Part shown: in pieces, positions 46,555 to 62,322 of the stretch
How the letters are laid out: every line of letters starts with the position of its first letter
How positions within the stretch are numbered: the stretch's first letter is position 1
Assembly (NCBI GenBank): GCA_016906335.1
Contig: JADEYG010000007.1
Span: 806,001 to 870,000, forward strand
DNA length: 64,000 bases
Origin: Novakomyces olei
Lineage: Eukaryota
Direction of reading: 5' to 3'
Notes under the pieces: model-generated
What the model saw: only the letters and a program-made list of their open reading frames with translations
What the model was told of the DNA's origin: nothing
Databases searched by the model: none
Position numbers and translations under genes: made by a program

Positions 46555-49446
46555 TTATAGACAAACAACCTCAGCATCGGATTCCGTGGTATCATCATCA
46601 TCTTCTTCTTCCAGCCAATCAATGTCGATAGTAGAAGTCTGTCTTTGTAGTTCAGCGAGGCCACAAAGCTCGTTGACATAGGAGTCATTTGTGATTGCCT
46701 CAAGTACAAATTGCCACCGTCGTCTAAACCAATCTTCGCGTACGCGACTCGAGCAAGCTGAGCATTGAGCAAAGGCGCGACCAATAAAAGGCATGTTTTT
46801 CCAGTCGTGCAAGTAACCCCGCATTTGGTGTGGAATGATCCCTAAATCTGTGGTGACTGGGTCTCCTTCATCGTTGCTAGCAGGTGCAGCCGGCCTTGAC
46901 GGTCAGAACAAAAAATGAGCCTACTTAACAAAAAAGAGACGATATACAAAAAAAATTTAAAAGTAGGACAGATGGATAGCATTAAAACATAAAAGTGTAT
47001 TATTTTGAGGTATTGAATTCACATGCGCTTAGAAGTTAAATGAAATATTAAAGAATGAAAAGCTTTGCAAATATTTGATAGTCAGGACAATACTAGATGC
47101 ATACCCAAGCTCATGCTGTAATAGAGAGATCAGCAGCTCTACAGCTAAACCTGACGCTATTGGAGCCAATCCAGGCCGCGTTACTGTACACATTTGATCG
47201 AGAGTGCGGTCACTAAGCGACTAGATTTCAAGTTAGTTTCAACTTTGTACATGCTTTTTAACTTTAAAAAAAATTCCTTTTTTGTGGTTTATGCATTTTT
47301 CCTAAGGTTTTTGTCTCTTGATCCTTTTCCTTTTAAAAAAAAAGAATATTTCCTTTCCCCTATTATCTCTTTCCCAAAGCATACATCTGATGGCGTAACG
47401 ACATCGTTACAAAAATAACATCCCAGCATTTGCTGCTGATCAAGGTGCCCATGCCGCATGACCACATAGCTATCAAACCCCAGTGCAGCAGTAATTACAC
47501 ATTTTCGTAAAGCTGAGCCAATAACGGAAGGAAGCCAACGCGATTCTCGACTGTCCATCAAGAGAAAAATTGCATCGTGCTGAGATATAAGCTCTTCCAA
47601 TTGATCATAGTCCTGTCTGGCAGCATCGGCATTAGAAGGTGGATGGCCAATCATAGGAACGGCCAAATTATAGCCTTGAGACGACTTTAATTAGTAATTT
47701 CATCAAAAAATTTAATATAAAATATAAGTTTATAAAGGCTATTCCCTACCACTAGTGGAAATATCTGTTTAAGCGCTAAAGCCGCTTGTTCCGCCTTACT
47801 CGTTTTTCCCCCCACGCAGTCTTGGAATGTGTAAAGAGGTTGCCTTACAGGATTCGAGTATGATACAGTCGCATTATCCACAAAAGTGATATGCCGAACA
47901 CCCCAGCCCTTTAAAGTTAATAAAGCAGAAAAGAGAGAAGAGCAAATAACACTAAATATAGGCGTGGCACTTTATTCTGAAATACGGGGAAATATTGAAA
48001 AATTATCAAAAAAGCTAAATAAAGCATAGCTCAAAAATCAATTTGAGATAAATGAATAAAAGAAAAAGGAATACCAGAAGAACGCGGGCAACATAAGACC
48101 CTAAGGTTCCCGCCCCTAAAAGTAAGGCTTTACAGTTTTTTATCTCGTCAAGTCGAACGCTTTTGGCAGCTCGCCATTTCATCAGCTTAAGATTAAGGTC
48201 GATAGCAGTACTAGCCAGTGCGGTGCTATCCATCACTGAAGCCAAATCTGCCATCTCTGGGGCCAACTTTCCATGTGTTCCACGTTGCCAGCCCACGACT
48301 TTCGGCATAGAATCGGACTTTCTCTGAGAATCTGTGGAAATTTGATAGAGCCGGCTCTTCCCATGGCCCCGATAGCACAGAAGCCTGCATTGCCGGTAGC
48401 CACGATGGAATACTGCCGCCAAAAGGTTACGTGCTGGAAGCCCTGGTCCTTCACCGTTTGAAGGATCAATCAGGCCAACAAAGGCAATGCCATTTGCATC
48501 ATCACATTCGCATAAAGTGTCCAACTTATTGACTGATACTGAAGCAGCAGAGTCAAAATTAATGCCAGACTGTTTACTCTTCCCAGAGTTTGCCCCTCTA
48601 GCTCCAATACAAATCTTATCCGGCTCTGGGCCCTCATTCTGTTCACCATTCACTGCAATGGTAAAGAACGGAGTGGCATTAGATTCCAAGTACTGTGTAA
48701 TTTTTGTCTCAGTCTCTAAGGCAACACCAAAAACTTGCTCCTCATACAGCCACGTGGGAGAGGAAAAAGAAGGGAACGCAAACCAATAATAATATCGGTG
48801 TTTTTTCAAGTCTGCAAAAGTCAATAAGGCAAACATATTGAGCAGATCTGGTTCGCGAAGCACGCTTCCGTCGCGTATAGCATTATACATCTTTGATTAG
48901 ATCTGATTAAACATTACGGAAATCAAATCAATAATAAATGAGGCACTAGAATCATAAATTAAAGACTGAAGAACAATACTAAAATGTTTGGCCGTCAAAA
49001 GAAGATAATTCAGAACAATGAAGACAATGTAAGTGATATCGAAAGGTAGTACCTGTTCAGCATGTTGGCGTATAAATGCCTCCTTGTCAGTGCGACGAAA
49101 CTCCTCGAGAGTATTCGTATTCAGAATTGTACCCTGGCACACTACTCGTAAAGCTTCACGAGATCTGGTTGTCAGCCCCCATCGAACCCTACAATCATAT
49201 AGATAAAAAGCAAAAGCTATTATTTGTTTAGCGCGCTAACCCTTCTAATGTATCATCTTCCACTTGAAATAAGCCACTTGCGTCCACGTATGAGGAGGGC
49301 CGGTACGAGGCTCTGATTGAGTATGGCTTATCCGAAAGCCGATCGTGGTCGAGCTTACGTTGAGCTAATTGGCTCCAAAAGGACACAGGGACAAACGGCG
49401 CAAAAGGCGCAAACTTTAGAGGCTCTTTGGTCGGGAGACTCGACAT
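46555..49446 (-). CDS. ATG7: Autophagy E1-like activating enzyme
   Basis: [91 protein letters not shown] (catalytic Cys) and IPHQMRG...CSACS; multi-exon. Confidence 0.95.
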
Positions 49447-49895
49447 ATTGTTTAGAAATAAGAAAGCGCTTTTGTCATTATCTTTTGCCTTTCAAACTCG
49501 GTTTCGTCATACCAGATATGACAGATTGGCACGTGACCGGTCCCGACTTGGATCGTATAGATGCCAATAAGATTACTAGACTATCACGATTAACGATATG
49601 ATCTTGTGCGAACGACTTCATATGCAGTGCAAATATCCGAGAAAATACTTCTAAGGCCAGGGTTAGGGTTTTGTTGGAATTGTCCAGCCCAATCTTGGTC
49701 GTTAGAAGGCAAAATTGAAGGACATATGGATAAACATTGGGAATTTGACCGACATATTATTTTAAAGTATTCCTGAATTTCAAATCCTTGTGGAAGTATT
49801 GGTTTATGTTCAAATCATGGTTGAATTAGATATTATAGATGCTTTACATATTGCAGGCCAATGATTACTGCCGTGCAAAACTGCTCAGACCCGAC

Positions 49896-52795
49896 TCATT
49901 GTACAAGAGTATAGAAATACATATAGCTAGTGCTGAAGGCCTCCTTTAGATCATTCACAAGAAAGACTTTTTCGTCATTAAACAGGGCCCAGCGCTCACC
50001 CTGGTCTTGTACAGATTTAAGGAGATAAGCAACGTAGTGGCCGACGTGGATACTGTTGCCCTTGTGGCAGATGACACCCTCCAACTTGTATTTCGGATCA
50101 TCAAGGTCCAGACCATGCTGCTTGTCATCTTGATCATCGGGCTCGGCTGATTCGGTTTCTGGGGCCGTATCGGGAACTTCCGGATTTTCAAACAGCCATT
50201 CAACAGCCGCCTCTAAGCTGGTCTTTGTTCGGTGTTAGTAAACGGGCTTGGAAAGGCAAAATCTGGAGAGAGATAAAATATCATACAAGAATATTGATGG
50301 AAAACAAGAAATCAAAAGTAACGGTCCAAAAGGAGGAATAATTACAGTAGATTAATCACAAGTCTCCATTGAAAAATAAAGTAGCAATTAGATTCGACAG
50401 ACAAATAGCAAATGAGCAAGAAAATCAAATCAAAATTAAGAACAAAGATAAAATGATACCACTGCCAAAAGAGCTCTTTTTGCTTGGTTGGATGTAAATC
50501 CCATTGAAGCTATAGTGGCCACTGCTTCATCGTTTACGCTGACGAGTGATGATTTATTCGATTTAAAAGGCTCATCAATATCAGGATCCTCCATATGCTC
50601 AAAGAGCCAATTCATCGCAGGCTCTGTGCCAACATTTCCAGTGGCTAATAGTGCCTTTTCAGCCCTGTTTACTGGGAACCCCATCGCCTCGAGCTGCTGT
50701 GCGAAATTAGGATCTACCAATGAGCCCTTATCTTCTTCTTCGTCAGGTAAAAGAGTCTCATTATCATATTTCCCAGTTGCTTTGTACTTTGCAAAATCCA
50801 GAGGACTTTCGGCGTCAATGGCTATATTTAACTTTTGAGGTACCCAATTAACCAAATGGAACCGCTGCACGTTAATAGCGAAAACTTTTGGAAAAGTCGA
50901 AAACTGGGTTCTTGTAATTGCAGTCCCTGGTTCTCGTATGTCTGCTGATTTCCTACACGCACTGCATGAGTAAGAGATCACCTCGTCCTGAGTAAAGGCA
51001 TCTAGACACTCTACCAAGGACACTGGCTGCAGATCATCAGAGCCTGAAACGCGTACAGTGGGTACGGAGACGGAAAGACTGTCCTGTACTTGTTGGTGGT
51101 ACTTTACACCGTGGCATTTTTGGCATTCTAGCCGCTGTTCCGTAATAAAGCGGAAAACGTCGGTTGGATCATGTTTGCCCCGCCGTGATTTGCTAATCAA
51201 ATCCTCCAAATACAGGAAAAACTCATAAGCATCTTGCTGCCTCATTGTAGAAAACTCTTGATGACCTTTTCCAACCAAAGCTTTGAATAAAGCAGGATTA
51301 ATTCCATGTGGACGGGGATCCACTTGGAGATCTTCATACCTGTCTGCTTGGGCATAATCAAGAGGCGCCGCATACCTACCAGAATGGAGACCATCAGCGA
51401 TTCTGTACAACTGTGCTTGCAAATCTTCAGCTGGATTTTCCAGAAGCTCACAATGCTTTATGATCTCTTGGCCCTCGTAGACAGTATTAAATTCTTTTAA
51501 AGCGAAAAGCGACTGCATCACACTGCTTATATAACACGTATTGCCCAAATTTTTGAACCCAGTCAAGTCTGGGCCAGTCACGCGAGGTAGCTCGCTCCCA
51601 TCGCTGTCCGCGGAGGAAAAGTCCCATTTCATATTCTGTTCGATTTGCTAGAATTAGATTTCGTTTAATTAATAATGTCAAGGACAAATGTTGCTATAAT
51701 TATACCATCTCTGTAAGGCTCTTTTCCACCTTCTGTCGTTCCGCAATATCGATATTCCAGTGTGCTAAATGGTCTTTCAATTCTGCATCGATACGTTCTT
51801 CATTGCACGCGTAACAGTAAACATCTACGAGGTTAATAATAAGCAGTTTTTATAGATAACCTTGGAACAAAATGGGATTGAATACCTGCAGTGCCTTCGG
51901 GAGTGATACTACCCAGTTTCACAGAGACAGGATGCTTTGTCTCTTCGTAATGTGCCAGTCCGTGTGAATTTCCTCCACTTCCACCAAACTGAGCCCGACC
52001 ACAACCGAGGTTTCCACAGTAAAGACAGAGCCAAAGATTTTCCGATAGCTCGCATTTCGAACAGTGTTCAAGCGGAGGCACTTTGCCGTCTATCGGCTTT
52101 TGCTCTACATAAAGTGTATGCTCACAGGCCGTCAACTCGTTCTCCCAAGCTTTAATCTCACTCTTACGGGCGGCCGACGTTGATTGTAAGATACCCTCGA
52201 CAACTCGTAACATCTAACGTTAGAAAATTGAACACAGACACAAAAAATTAAAATGGAATCATTCTAAATTTGTGATGGTTAGGACAGAAAATCAAAAAGT
52301 TTCGGTAACCTTTTCTGTGGGCTCCACTAGTTTACGGCCATCGGCATAAGAAACAATAAGATTATGCGTATCCCATTTACTGTCCTCCGTTTCCTCCTGT
52401 ACAGCCAACTTTGTCAACTTTTCAGGGCGCCCACCGTCCGACTATACGCCTAGTTCAGCTTTCGATTATTCGAAATAGAAAAAAAAAAATTAGAAAAAAA
52501 TACAGGTTTGCGCTTAGGCACTCGGCGAATGTTTACCGCCAGTGCATGTTGGGTCGATTCGAAATGTTTTTTTCCGTGCTCGTGTGCGATACAGCCTGCA
52601 TTAAAACAGTGTAGACACACATCTATGCCGAGCTCGAATGTCTGTACATACGTCAGTCTGCATCCAATGTACAACGTAAAACTGATGGTCGGAGCATCAA
52701 GTGACTATTTCACACACAGTATCGTCAAAGCAAAGTGTACATTCATCCTTGTACACGCGCTGTTGCGGCGTTGGCGGTACGAGGTCTATGTCCAT
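49896..52795 (-). CDS. UBP14: Ubiquitin C-terminal hydrolase, USP5/isopeptidase T type
   Basis: VYKDECTLCFD, ZnF-UBP NLWLCLYCGNLGCGR...GNSHGLAHY, Cys box GFKNLGNTCY, RQQDAYEF, two UBA domains and His box ICHKGNSIHVGHYVA. The 5' end is approximate. Confidence 0.93.
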
Positions 52796-53129
52796 GCTTG
52801 GGAATAACGTGGACTTGCAGTCGGGCTTGCTTCCTATGGAAGACGGCCCACCAAATAGTAACTTTTATGTACGTCAAAGTTTTAGTTATAGTTGGTAAAA
52901 ACAGAAATTACACGTTCACGTTACTCTAAGTTAGACTTTAGGACTCGGTATAGCGATAACGGGCTAGAGATGATACTTTGAAATGGTTACGCGTAAAACA
53001 TACAGAATTTAACTTGAGTGCTCGAGAAAGTAAGGTTGAATGGTACTAAGCTTGAACGATACTGTAATTACAATGATACTGTAATTACATTATTATTATT
53101 CATTTATACTCATTAATGCGAATAATCTA

Positions 53130-54662
53130 TCACTTTTCTTTACGTTCTTTTTTGCCATCTGCAGACTCCAAGTCACAACGGAGTGAAGTAAAGGAACCTC
53201 GCTCCAATATTAAACATATCGCCAGATACAAACCCCCTAGACTAGCTCCTAGGGCGAGGAATTGTATAGCGTTAATGCGTAGATTTGTGTACAATCCCTG
53301 CACTTGGGACAAGGCAAAGTACAGACCGAAAAGGAGCGGCCAAAGCGACAAACGAGGTATGGAGGACCGCAGAGACCATTCACGGCTAATATGATGTAAA
53401 CACCAGGCGATGCGAGTCACCAGACTAAGGCAGTTTGCGTAAACGAGGGCGCAAGGTGGTGGTAAGAGGCTGACTGATACAATGAAAACCGCTGAGCCAA
53501 GAAGCATGCTGCGGTTTTGTTTGTACAAAGTACCAGCACTGGCCGTACTGGCAACATAAGCTTCCAAAACACCATTAGCCGCTAAAAGTGGCAGGTAGGC
53601 CATATAGGCGTGCAGTATTCGTACAGCGTCCGTGCTTTGAAAATTACGGGCGACAAAATGCAATAAAAACTCACCATAAAACCATCCAAAAATTACGACA
53701 GCCCCTAATAAGATCGTGTAGCAACGTAAAAGAAAAGTCAGGATCCGTACGGCTGTTTCGTCACGACCCTGAGAGTGCAGTTTAGCCATAACGTTACGTG
53801 AGGCGTCCTCAACCGGGAGAAACACGATGCGTGCGAGCAGTGACGCGTAATTGGAAACGAGAGCATAAATGCCCTGACTATACGCGTCAAGTCGGTACGA
53901 TATCGCAAATTTATCAGCCTCCGTGAGTACTTGTTTAAGGACGTTTTGCAGAGTAAACACTAGGGCTAAGCGAACGCGTGACCAGTCCAGGTATTCTACT
54001 TTAAAGCCGAATAAACTGGGGCAGGTACGACGCAGGCATGCAAAAGCCAAGCAGGCAAGGAAGCTTGCTCGTCCAGCAAACTCGCCGAGTGCAAAAGGCA
54101 GAGCACCAGCAGCAATGTTCTTGTGTGAAGCGTAAAGTGTGACTGCAAAAGTAGTCACTGCGGAAACAATTACCATACTGCCTTCTGCACGAGTGCGTAT
54201 ACTGTACAGCAAAAACAGTTCAGTGTACGCGTAGAACGGTTCGCTGAGCAAATCCGCCATAGCTGCTGCTGCGTACAGCGCCACACTGCCTTTAAAGTAA
54301 GGTAGGGACCTTGCTTCAGTGCCTGCAAAGATATAGTAAAGTATACAAAACACAGACACTAGAAAGGCTCCCAGTGTAGAAGCCAAGTAGGCAGTTGTCA
54401 CTGTGCGGTGCACTACAGCCACATCATCCTTTTGTGCACCAGAGGCCACTGTACTACGCTGCAGTACAGTACGGAATCCTTGGCGCGCAAGTGCTAAAGT
54501 TAGAGAGAGCAGCAATTCCAGCTGCATAGTGGCGACACCAAAGGATTCAGGTGTTGTGAAACGTAGAGTCATCTGGTTTACGACAAAGGTGCAAACACGT
54601 GCGAGAAATTGTACACCAATAAGGTACGTAGCTCCGCGAGCCGATTGCCGCCAAAGGTCCAT
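53130..54662 (-). CDS. RFT1: Man5GlcNAc2-PP-dolichol translocation protein
   Basis: GATYLIGVQFLAR..TFVVNQ..LR, QLELL..L.LARQGFR, DLLSEPFY, LKQVLTEADK, QGIYALVSNYASLLARIVFLPVED and AANGVLEAY. Confidence 0.92.
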   Translation of the reverse strand: MDLWRQSARGATYLIGVQFLARVCTFVVNQMTLRFTTPESFGVATMQLELLLSLTLALARQGFRTVLQRSTVASGAQKDDVAVVHRTVTTAYLASTLGAFLVSVFCILYYIFAGTEARSLPYFKGSVALYAAAAMADLLSEPFYAYTELFLLYSIRTRAEGSMVIVSAVTTFAVTLYASHKNIAAGALPFALGEFAGRASFLACLAFACLRRTCPSLFGFKVEYLDWSRVRLALVFTLQNVLKQVLTEADKFAISYRLDAYSQGIYALVSNYASLLARIVFLPVEDASRNVMAKLHSQGRDETAVRILTFLLRCYTILLGAVVIFGWFYGEFLLHFVARNFQSTDAVRILHAYMAYLPLLAANGVLEAYVASTASAGTLYKQNRSMLLGSAVFIVSVSLLPPPCALVYANCLSLVTRIAWCLHHISREWSLRSSIPRLSLWPLLFGLYFALSQVQGLYTNLRINAIQFLALGASLGGLYLAICLILERGSFTSLRCDLESADGKKERKEK

Positions 54663-54837
54663 GTCTGACTGCTTGTTGGGCCAGATCTTGTAAAGACACG
54701 CTTCTAGCGAAGATAGTGCTACTTTGCAGGCCTTCAAGTTAGAGTGCCTTCACCTTCAGTACAGATCGTTCGCCAGCGTCATGCAAAGCCGCACCCTGCT
54801 CGGTTTATTGAAACAATATTCCAATACATAGAGGTAA

Positions 54838-54980
54838 GCTGGTTGCTCTGGGCTGGTCGCTCTGGGCTGGTCGCTCTGGGCTGGTCGCTCTAGGCAGGTC
54901 GCTCTGGGCTGGTCGCTCTAGGCAGGTCGCTCTTGGTAGGTCGCTCTTGAAAAGTCGCTCTACTAGAAAAGTCGCTCTTG
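54838..54980. repeat. Degenerate 14-bp minisatellite (GGCTGGTCGCTCTG), about 10 copies of core GTCGCTCT
   Basis: Read directly; lies in the divergent intergenic region between RFT1 and the carrier gene. Confidence 0.9.
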
Positions 54981-55435
54981 CACGTTGCTAGTACTCTGAC
55001 TTGCAGTGAAACATATACTTCTATTAGGGTCCCGCAGTAGACGTGTGAATATTCGCGTTGGCCCGTACTTTATTTATACCTTATGTACCGAAAACCAATA
55101 CTCGTTTGAAAAGTTACTCGTGCATACGCTACCGCAGTGCCCACAACCTACTATGTATAATTCTAACTTTAGCGAGGTCGAGTCCTATAGTAAATGAATA
55201 TAGATTATAGTACATTAGGGTCGTCTGGGAAGTGGAGTTGGGGGTACACATTAATATTATTGCAAAGTATATAGCAGGGTACAGCAAGACTGCCAGTCTC
55301 CTGGCTCAGTAAGAGGCAGCTCTGCGATCGCCGTGATTGAGTAATTATTCACTCGGGAAAAAGTGTTGGCTGCTGCATGCGGTGCTGTAACCTGCGATTG
55401 CTTGGCGTCAGGGAATTTTGCATGGCAAGGTGCTT

Positions 55436-56629
55436 ATGAATACGGCAACCAAAACTGCCGTTGCCCCGGCGGCTAGAGATGAGGCGCCGGTGCAAACCCA
55501 ATCAAGGTGGGTGCGAATACGAGCGTCGCTCTCAACGTCACTGAGCTCTCCGCTTTTCATGTGCTCATTCATCGCGGGAGGTATTGCTCTCAGTCTTATT
55601 CTACATTATTTGTTTTTAATTTTTATGGGTTTCTCTAATACTTTTACCTTTGCCTTTTCCTCCCTGCTCTACCGTTTCGTTTCCCTTCTCTTTTCCTGTC
55701 TCTTTTCCTTGCAGTACTTTAAACCTTGGGGGTATTTTAAAGATTAATTTCAAGGTCTGGCTGGGGCTGTATCACGCACCGTTGTTTCACCGTTTGAGCG
55801 CATAAAAATAATTTTCCAAGTGCAGCGCAAAAGCGACGCCGGTGGGAGCAAGAAACATTATGAGGGCGTGTGGAATACCCTGACGAAAATATACCGTGAA
55901 GAAGGTCTCAAGGGCTACATGCGGGGCAACGGTGTGAACTGTATCCGCATTTTCCCTTATTCTGCTATCCAGTTTGCGAGTTACCACGTATTCAAGAACG
56001 CGTTATTGTCACCTGGCCAATCAGAATTGTCTACAGACGAACGGTTGCTGGCAGGCGCGTTAGCCGGCATGACGTCCGTCGTGTCAACGTACCCGTTAGA
56101 TATTACACGCACACGGCTCAGCGTGCAATCCGCCCACATTTCTGCGCGTCGCCTAGTGCAAGGAAATCAACTCCCTGGAATGTGGGACGCTATGCGCAAT
56201 ATTTACAGGACGGAAGGAGGAATATCCGCCCTTTACCGTGGACTGTGGCCCACGGTACTTGGAGTGGCCCCTTATGTGGGCCTTAATTTCGCTGTATATG
56301 AGGGTGCGCGGGCGCACTTTACCCCAGACGGACAGGAGCCCTCGCAGTTAACAAAATTATTATGCGGGGCTCTTTCTGGGGCAGTTGCTCAGACAGTGAC
56401 ATACCCGGCTGACGTATTGAGACGGCGCTTCCAGGTCAGCACGATGAAGGGCGTGGATTACAATTATCGCGGAGTATGGCACGCACTTTCTGTTATGGCT
56501 CGGGAAGACGGCATGCGCGGGCTTTACCTCGGACTTGGGCCAAACTTGCTAAAAGTTGTGCCGGCTATGGGCACGAGTTGGGTGGTTTATGAGTCTGCCA
56601 TGGGGTTTATGGAGCAGTACGTAAAATAG
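55436..56629 (+). CDS. Mitochondrial carrier, YPR011C / SLC25A42-like (adenine nucleotide/CoA-type)
   Basis: FIAGG/LAGAVSRTVVSPFERIKIIFQV, GNGVNCIRIFPYSAIQF, YPLDITRTRL and YPADVLRRRFQV; one intron at about 55581-55754. Confidence 0.85.
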
Positions 56630-57571
56630 AACAGGATAATATAAATCAGTTCTTTGTCAGTGATTCAAGATCTTGATACTGTCATTGTAGTCGATCTATA
56701 CTGAAATCTAATTACGCTTGACACCAAGTCTGCAAATATTGTCAGGGTACAAAGAAGTTTATCCATTTTCGTATCCTACGCTCCTATTGACAGGCCGAAT
56801 TTGGTGCCGGTGTAGAGTAGTCATCGGCCCTATAAATAGTCCAGAGCAGATGAGAGCCAGTTTATTAAAAATTCAAGCGGTTCTTTCCCTATTTTTGACA
56901 CTTTGTGTTTCAGTTCAATTGTTATTGTTGCTATTATTATGTCGTATAAATTGCCACGTCTGTGTTGCAGGGGAGCCACAATGGCTGTGACACTGTCTGA
57001 ATCAATGTATCTGACACTAGCTTTGTGAAACCCCTCACATTTATTAAGGATTGCTTGGCCATTTACGAGTTACCTGGAAATATATAAATTTTAAATATTG
57101 CTTGACTTGGGTGAGGCTCATTTGAAACCCTCCGATTTTGTCTTTAAGTGGCAGTGCACAAAAGTAGACGCGTCATCTTTTCGTAAATGAAGAGATGCCG
57201 ATGTGAATTTAAAAGGTTAAGACAATAAATAGAATTAAGTAAATGCTCCAATACCCATCCAAAACCCCTTGAAGCCATCATGTCATGTCATGTCTCTATC
57301 TAATCTTATCTAGATCTGTGCACAGCTCTAGTGTGAATCATACACCATAGGACGGCTGTTACGTTACTTAATCCACGGTGCTTTTGAGCTGCGAATGGAT
57401 TGTTGTTCGTCCACGAATAGGTACAAATGGGCAATTAGCTCCGTTTCATATGCTATTCGCCTCCCCATTTAATTTACACACGCATCCCGCATATGAATAT
57501 CAAGTAACGTATCAATCCCACAGATCGTGGGAGGAACAGGTTTCCCGCCATACCCGCACGATACGATATAA

Positions 57572-60700
<3,129 letters not shown>

Positions 60701-61265
60701 TAATATAATATAGCTCAAGGATAGTCACCTTGACCATTGCTTTAGTTGATAGCGATTCTCGCTACAACGAAAATACATTGCACGAGCATATTGTTGGACA
60801 AACTGATTTATTCCATCAGACAGTCATAGTTTCATCTCGGTTTGCTTATGTAGCATCGATAGTGTTGCCTATATCGATGTCTCGTAAATCAACTTTGAGT
60901 TTTTCTTGTTAGAATTGAAAAGATATAAAATCATGACTTATTATACAAGACCAAAAAATGATCGATTGAGCCGATAATAAAACCGACACTGTGCGCGTAC
61001 TTATTAGAAATTTGGAGATTATTGACCAATGCAAGTAAACTAATTACTACGCGGCTATAATTGATCACCTTTGACAACGTCGTCTTTGACAATATTTCCA
61101 GATTATTTGCATGACATAATGATCATGAAATAAAATATTTATGTGTGCTGCATTACTTTTAAATCGAAAGACTTACTCTTGATAAGTAACGCTGACAAGT
61201 AATCCTGAAATCCATGCAACCTTTAGACATTATTATTTTACAGTATATATAGCAAATGGCATGTT

Positions 61266-61275
61266 AGGGTAGGGT
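61266..61275 (+). promoter_or_regulatory. Homol E-like ribosomal protein promoter element AGGGTAGGGT
   Basis: Exact match to the fission-yeast Homol E consensus, about 80 bp upstream of the RPL18 ATG; overlaps TTAGGG. Confidence 0.6.
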
Positions 61276-61352
61276 TCGTTCCTGCTCTTTTTCAAGACAA
61301 ACAAGATACACACACAGGTTAGACTTGCAACAAGCTTCAGTGTCAGTTCACG

Positions 61353-61972
61353 ATGGTAAGCCAAACAGCTCTATTCAATGAGACAATGGCCATTAGCTAA
61401 CAATATAGGGCGTTGATATTGAACGACACCACGTGAAAAACAGTCAGCGCTCTGCGCCGGCTAGCAAGAACGTCTATCTTGCTCTGCTTGTAAAACTCTA
61501 CCGGTTTCTTGCTCGCCGCACGGATGCGCGTTTCAACAAGACCGTCCTCCGACGTCTGTACCAATCTCGCACTAACCGCCCACCCGTTTCTCTCTCTCGG
61601 CTCGCGTCTTTTGTAACTGGCGCTGATGGCGAAATCAACGCAAAGAACACTATTGTCACGGTCGGTACTGTGACTGACGATGAGCGTTTGCTCCAAGTGC
61701 CCAAACTCACAGTCGCTGCTCTACGTTTCACCCAGTCTGCCCGTGCCCGTATTGTCAAGGCAGGTGGTGAATGCTTGACTCTCGATGAGCTGGCTCAACG
61801 TGCTCCCACTGGCGCCAACACGCTGCTTATCCGTGGCAAGCGTACTGCCCGCGAGCCGTACCGTCATTTCGGCTTTGGCCCACACAAGCACAAGGCACCG
61901 TATGTGCGATCTTATGGCCGCAAGTTTGAGCGTGCTCGTGGCCGCAGAAAGTCTCGTGCTTTCAAGGTCTAA
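61353..61972 (+). CDS. RPL18: 60S ribosomal protein L18 (eL18)
   Basis: ATG, then an intron at 61356-61408 (GTAAGC...GCTAAC...TAG), then [10 protein letters not shown]...[18 protein letters not shown]...[16 protein letters not shown]. Confidence 0.97.
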
Positions 61973-62322
61973 AAAGTAATTTTATAAAAAGATAATTTTA
62001 TTAAAGGATAATTTTATATTCGCATTGCGAGTGTTAATTGACAAATCGCACAATGATACTTGAACGATGTAGCGTAGAGAGTCGCACTGCAGCTGTAGAC
62101 TATGTTAATGGAAATATTTTGATCCAAAATAGTAGGATTATAGATTATTTGTGCTTTCATGGCAATTATAATTGTGATTAATTTGTTTTGAATATACTTT
62201 GAATCTACTATTTTCCATATCATAAAGTTCAAATTAAAAGCAATTTTTTTTTTATTTACGTCTGATTAATATTTAACTGATATTAAATTGATATTTATAG
62301 CATGCCTAAATTCACGTACACC

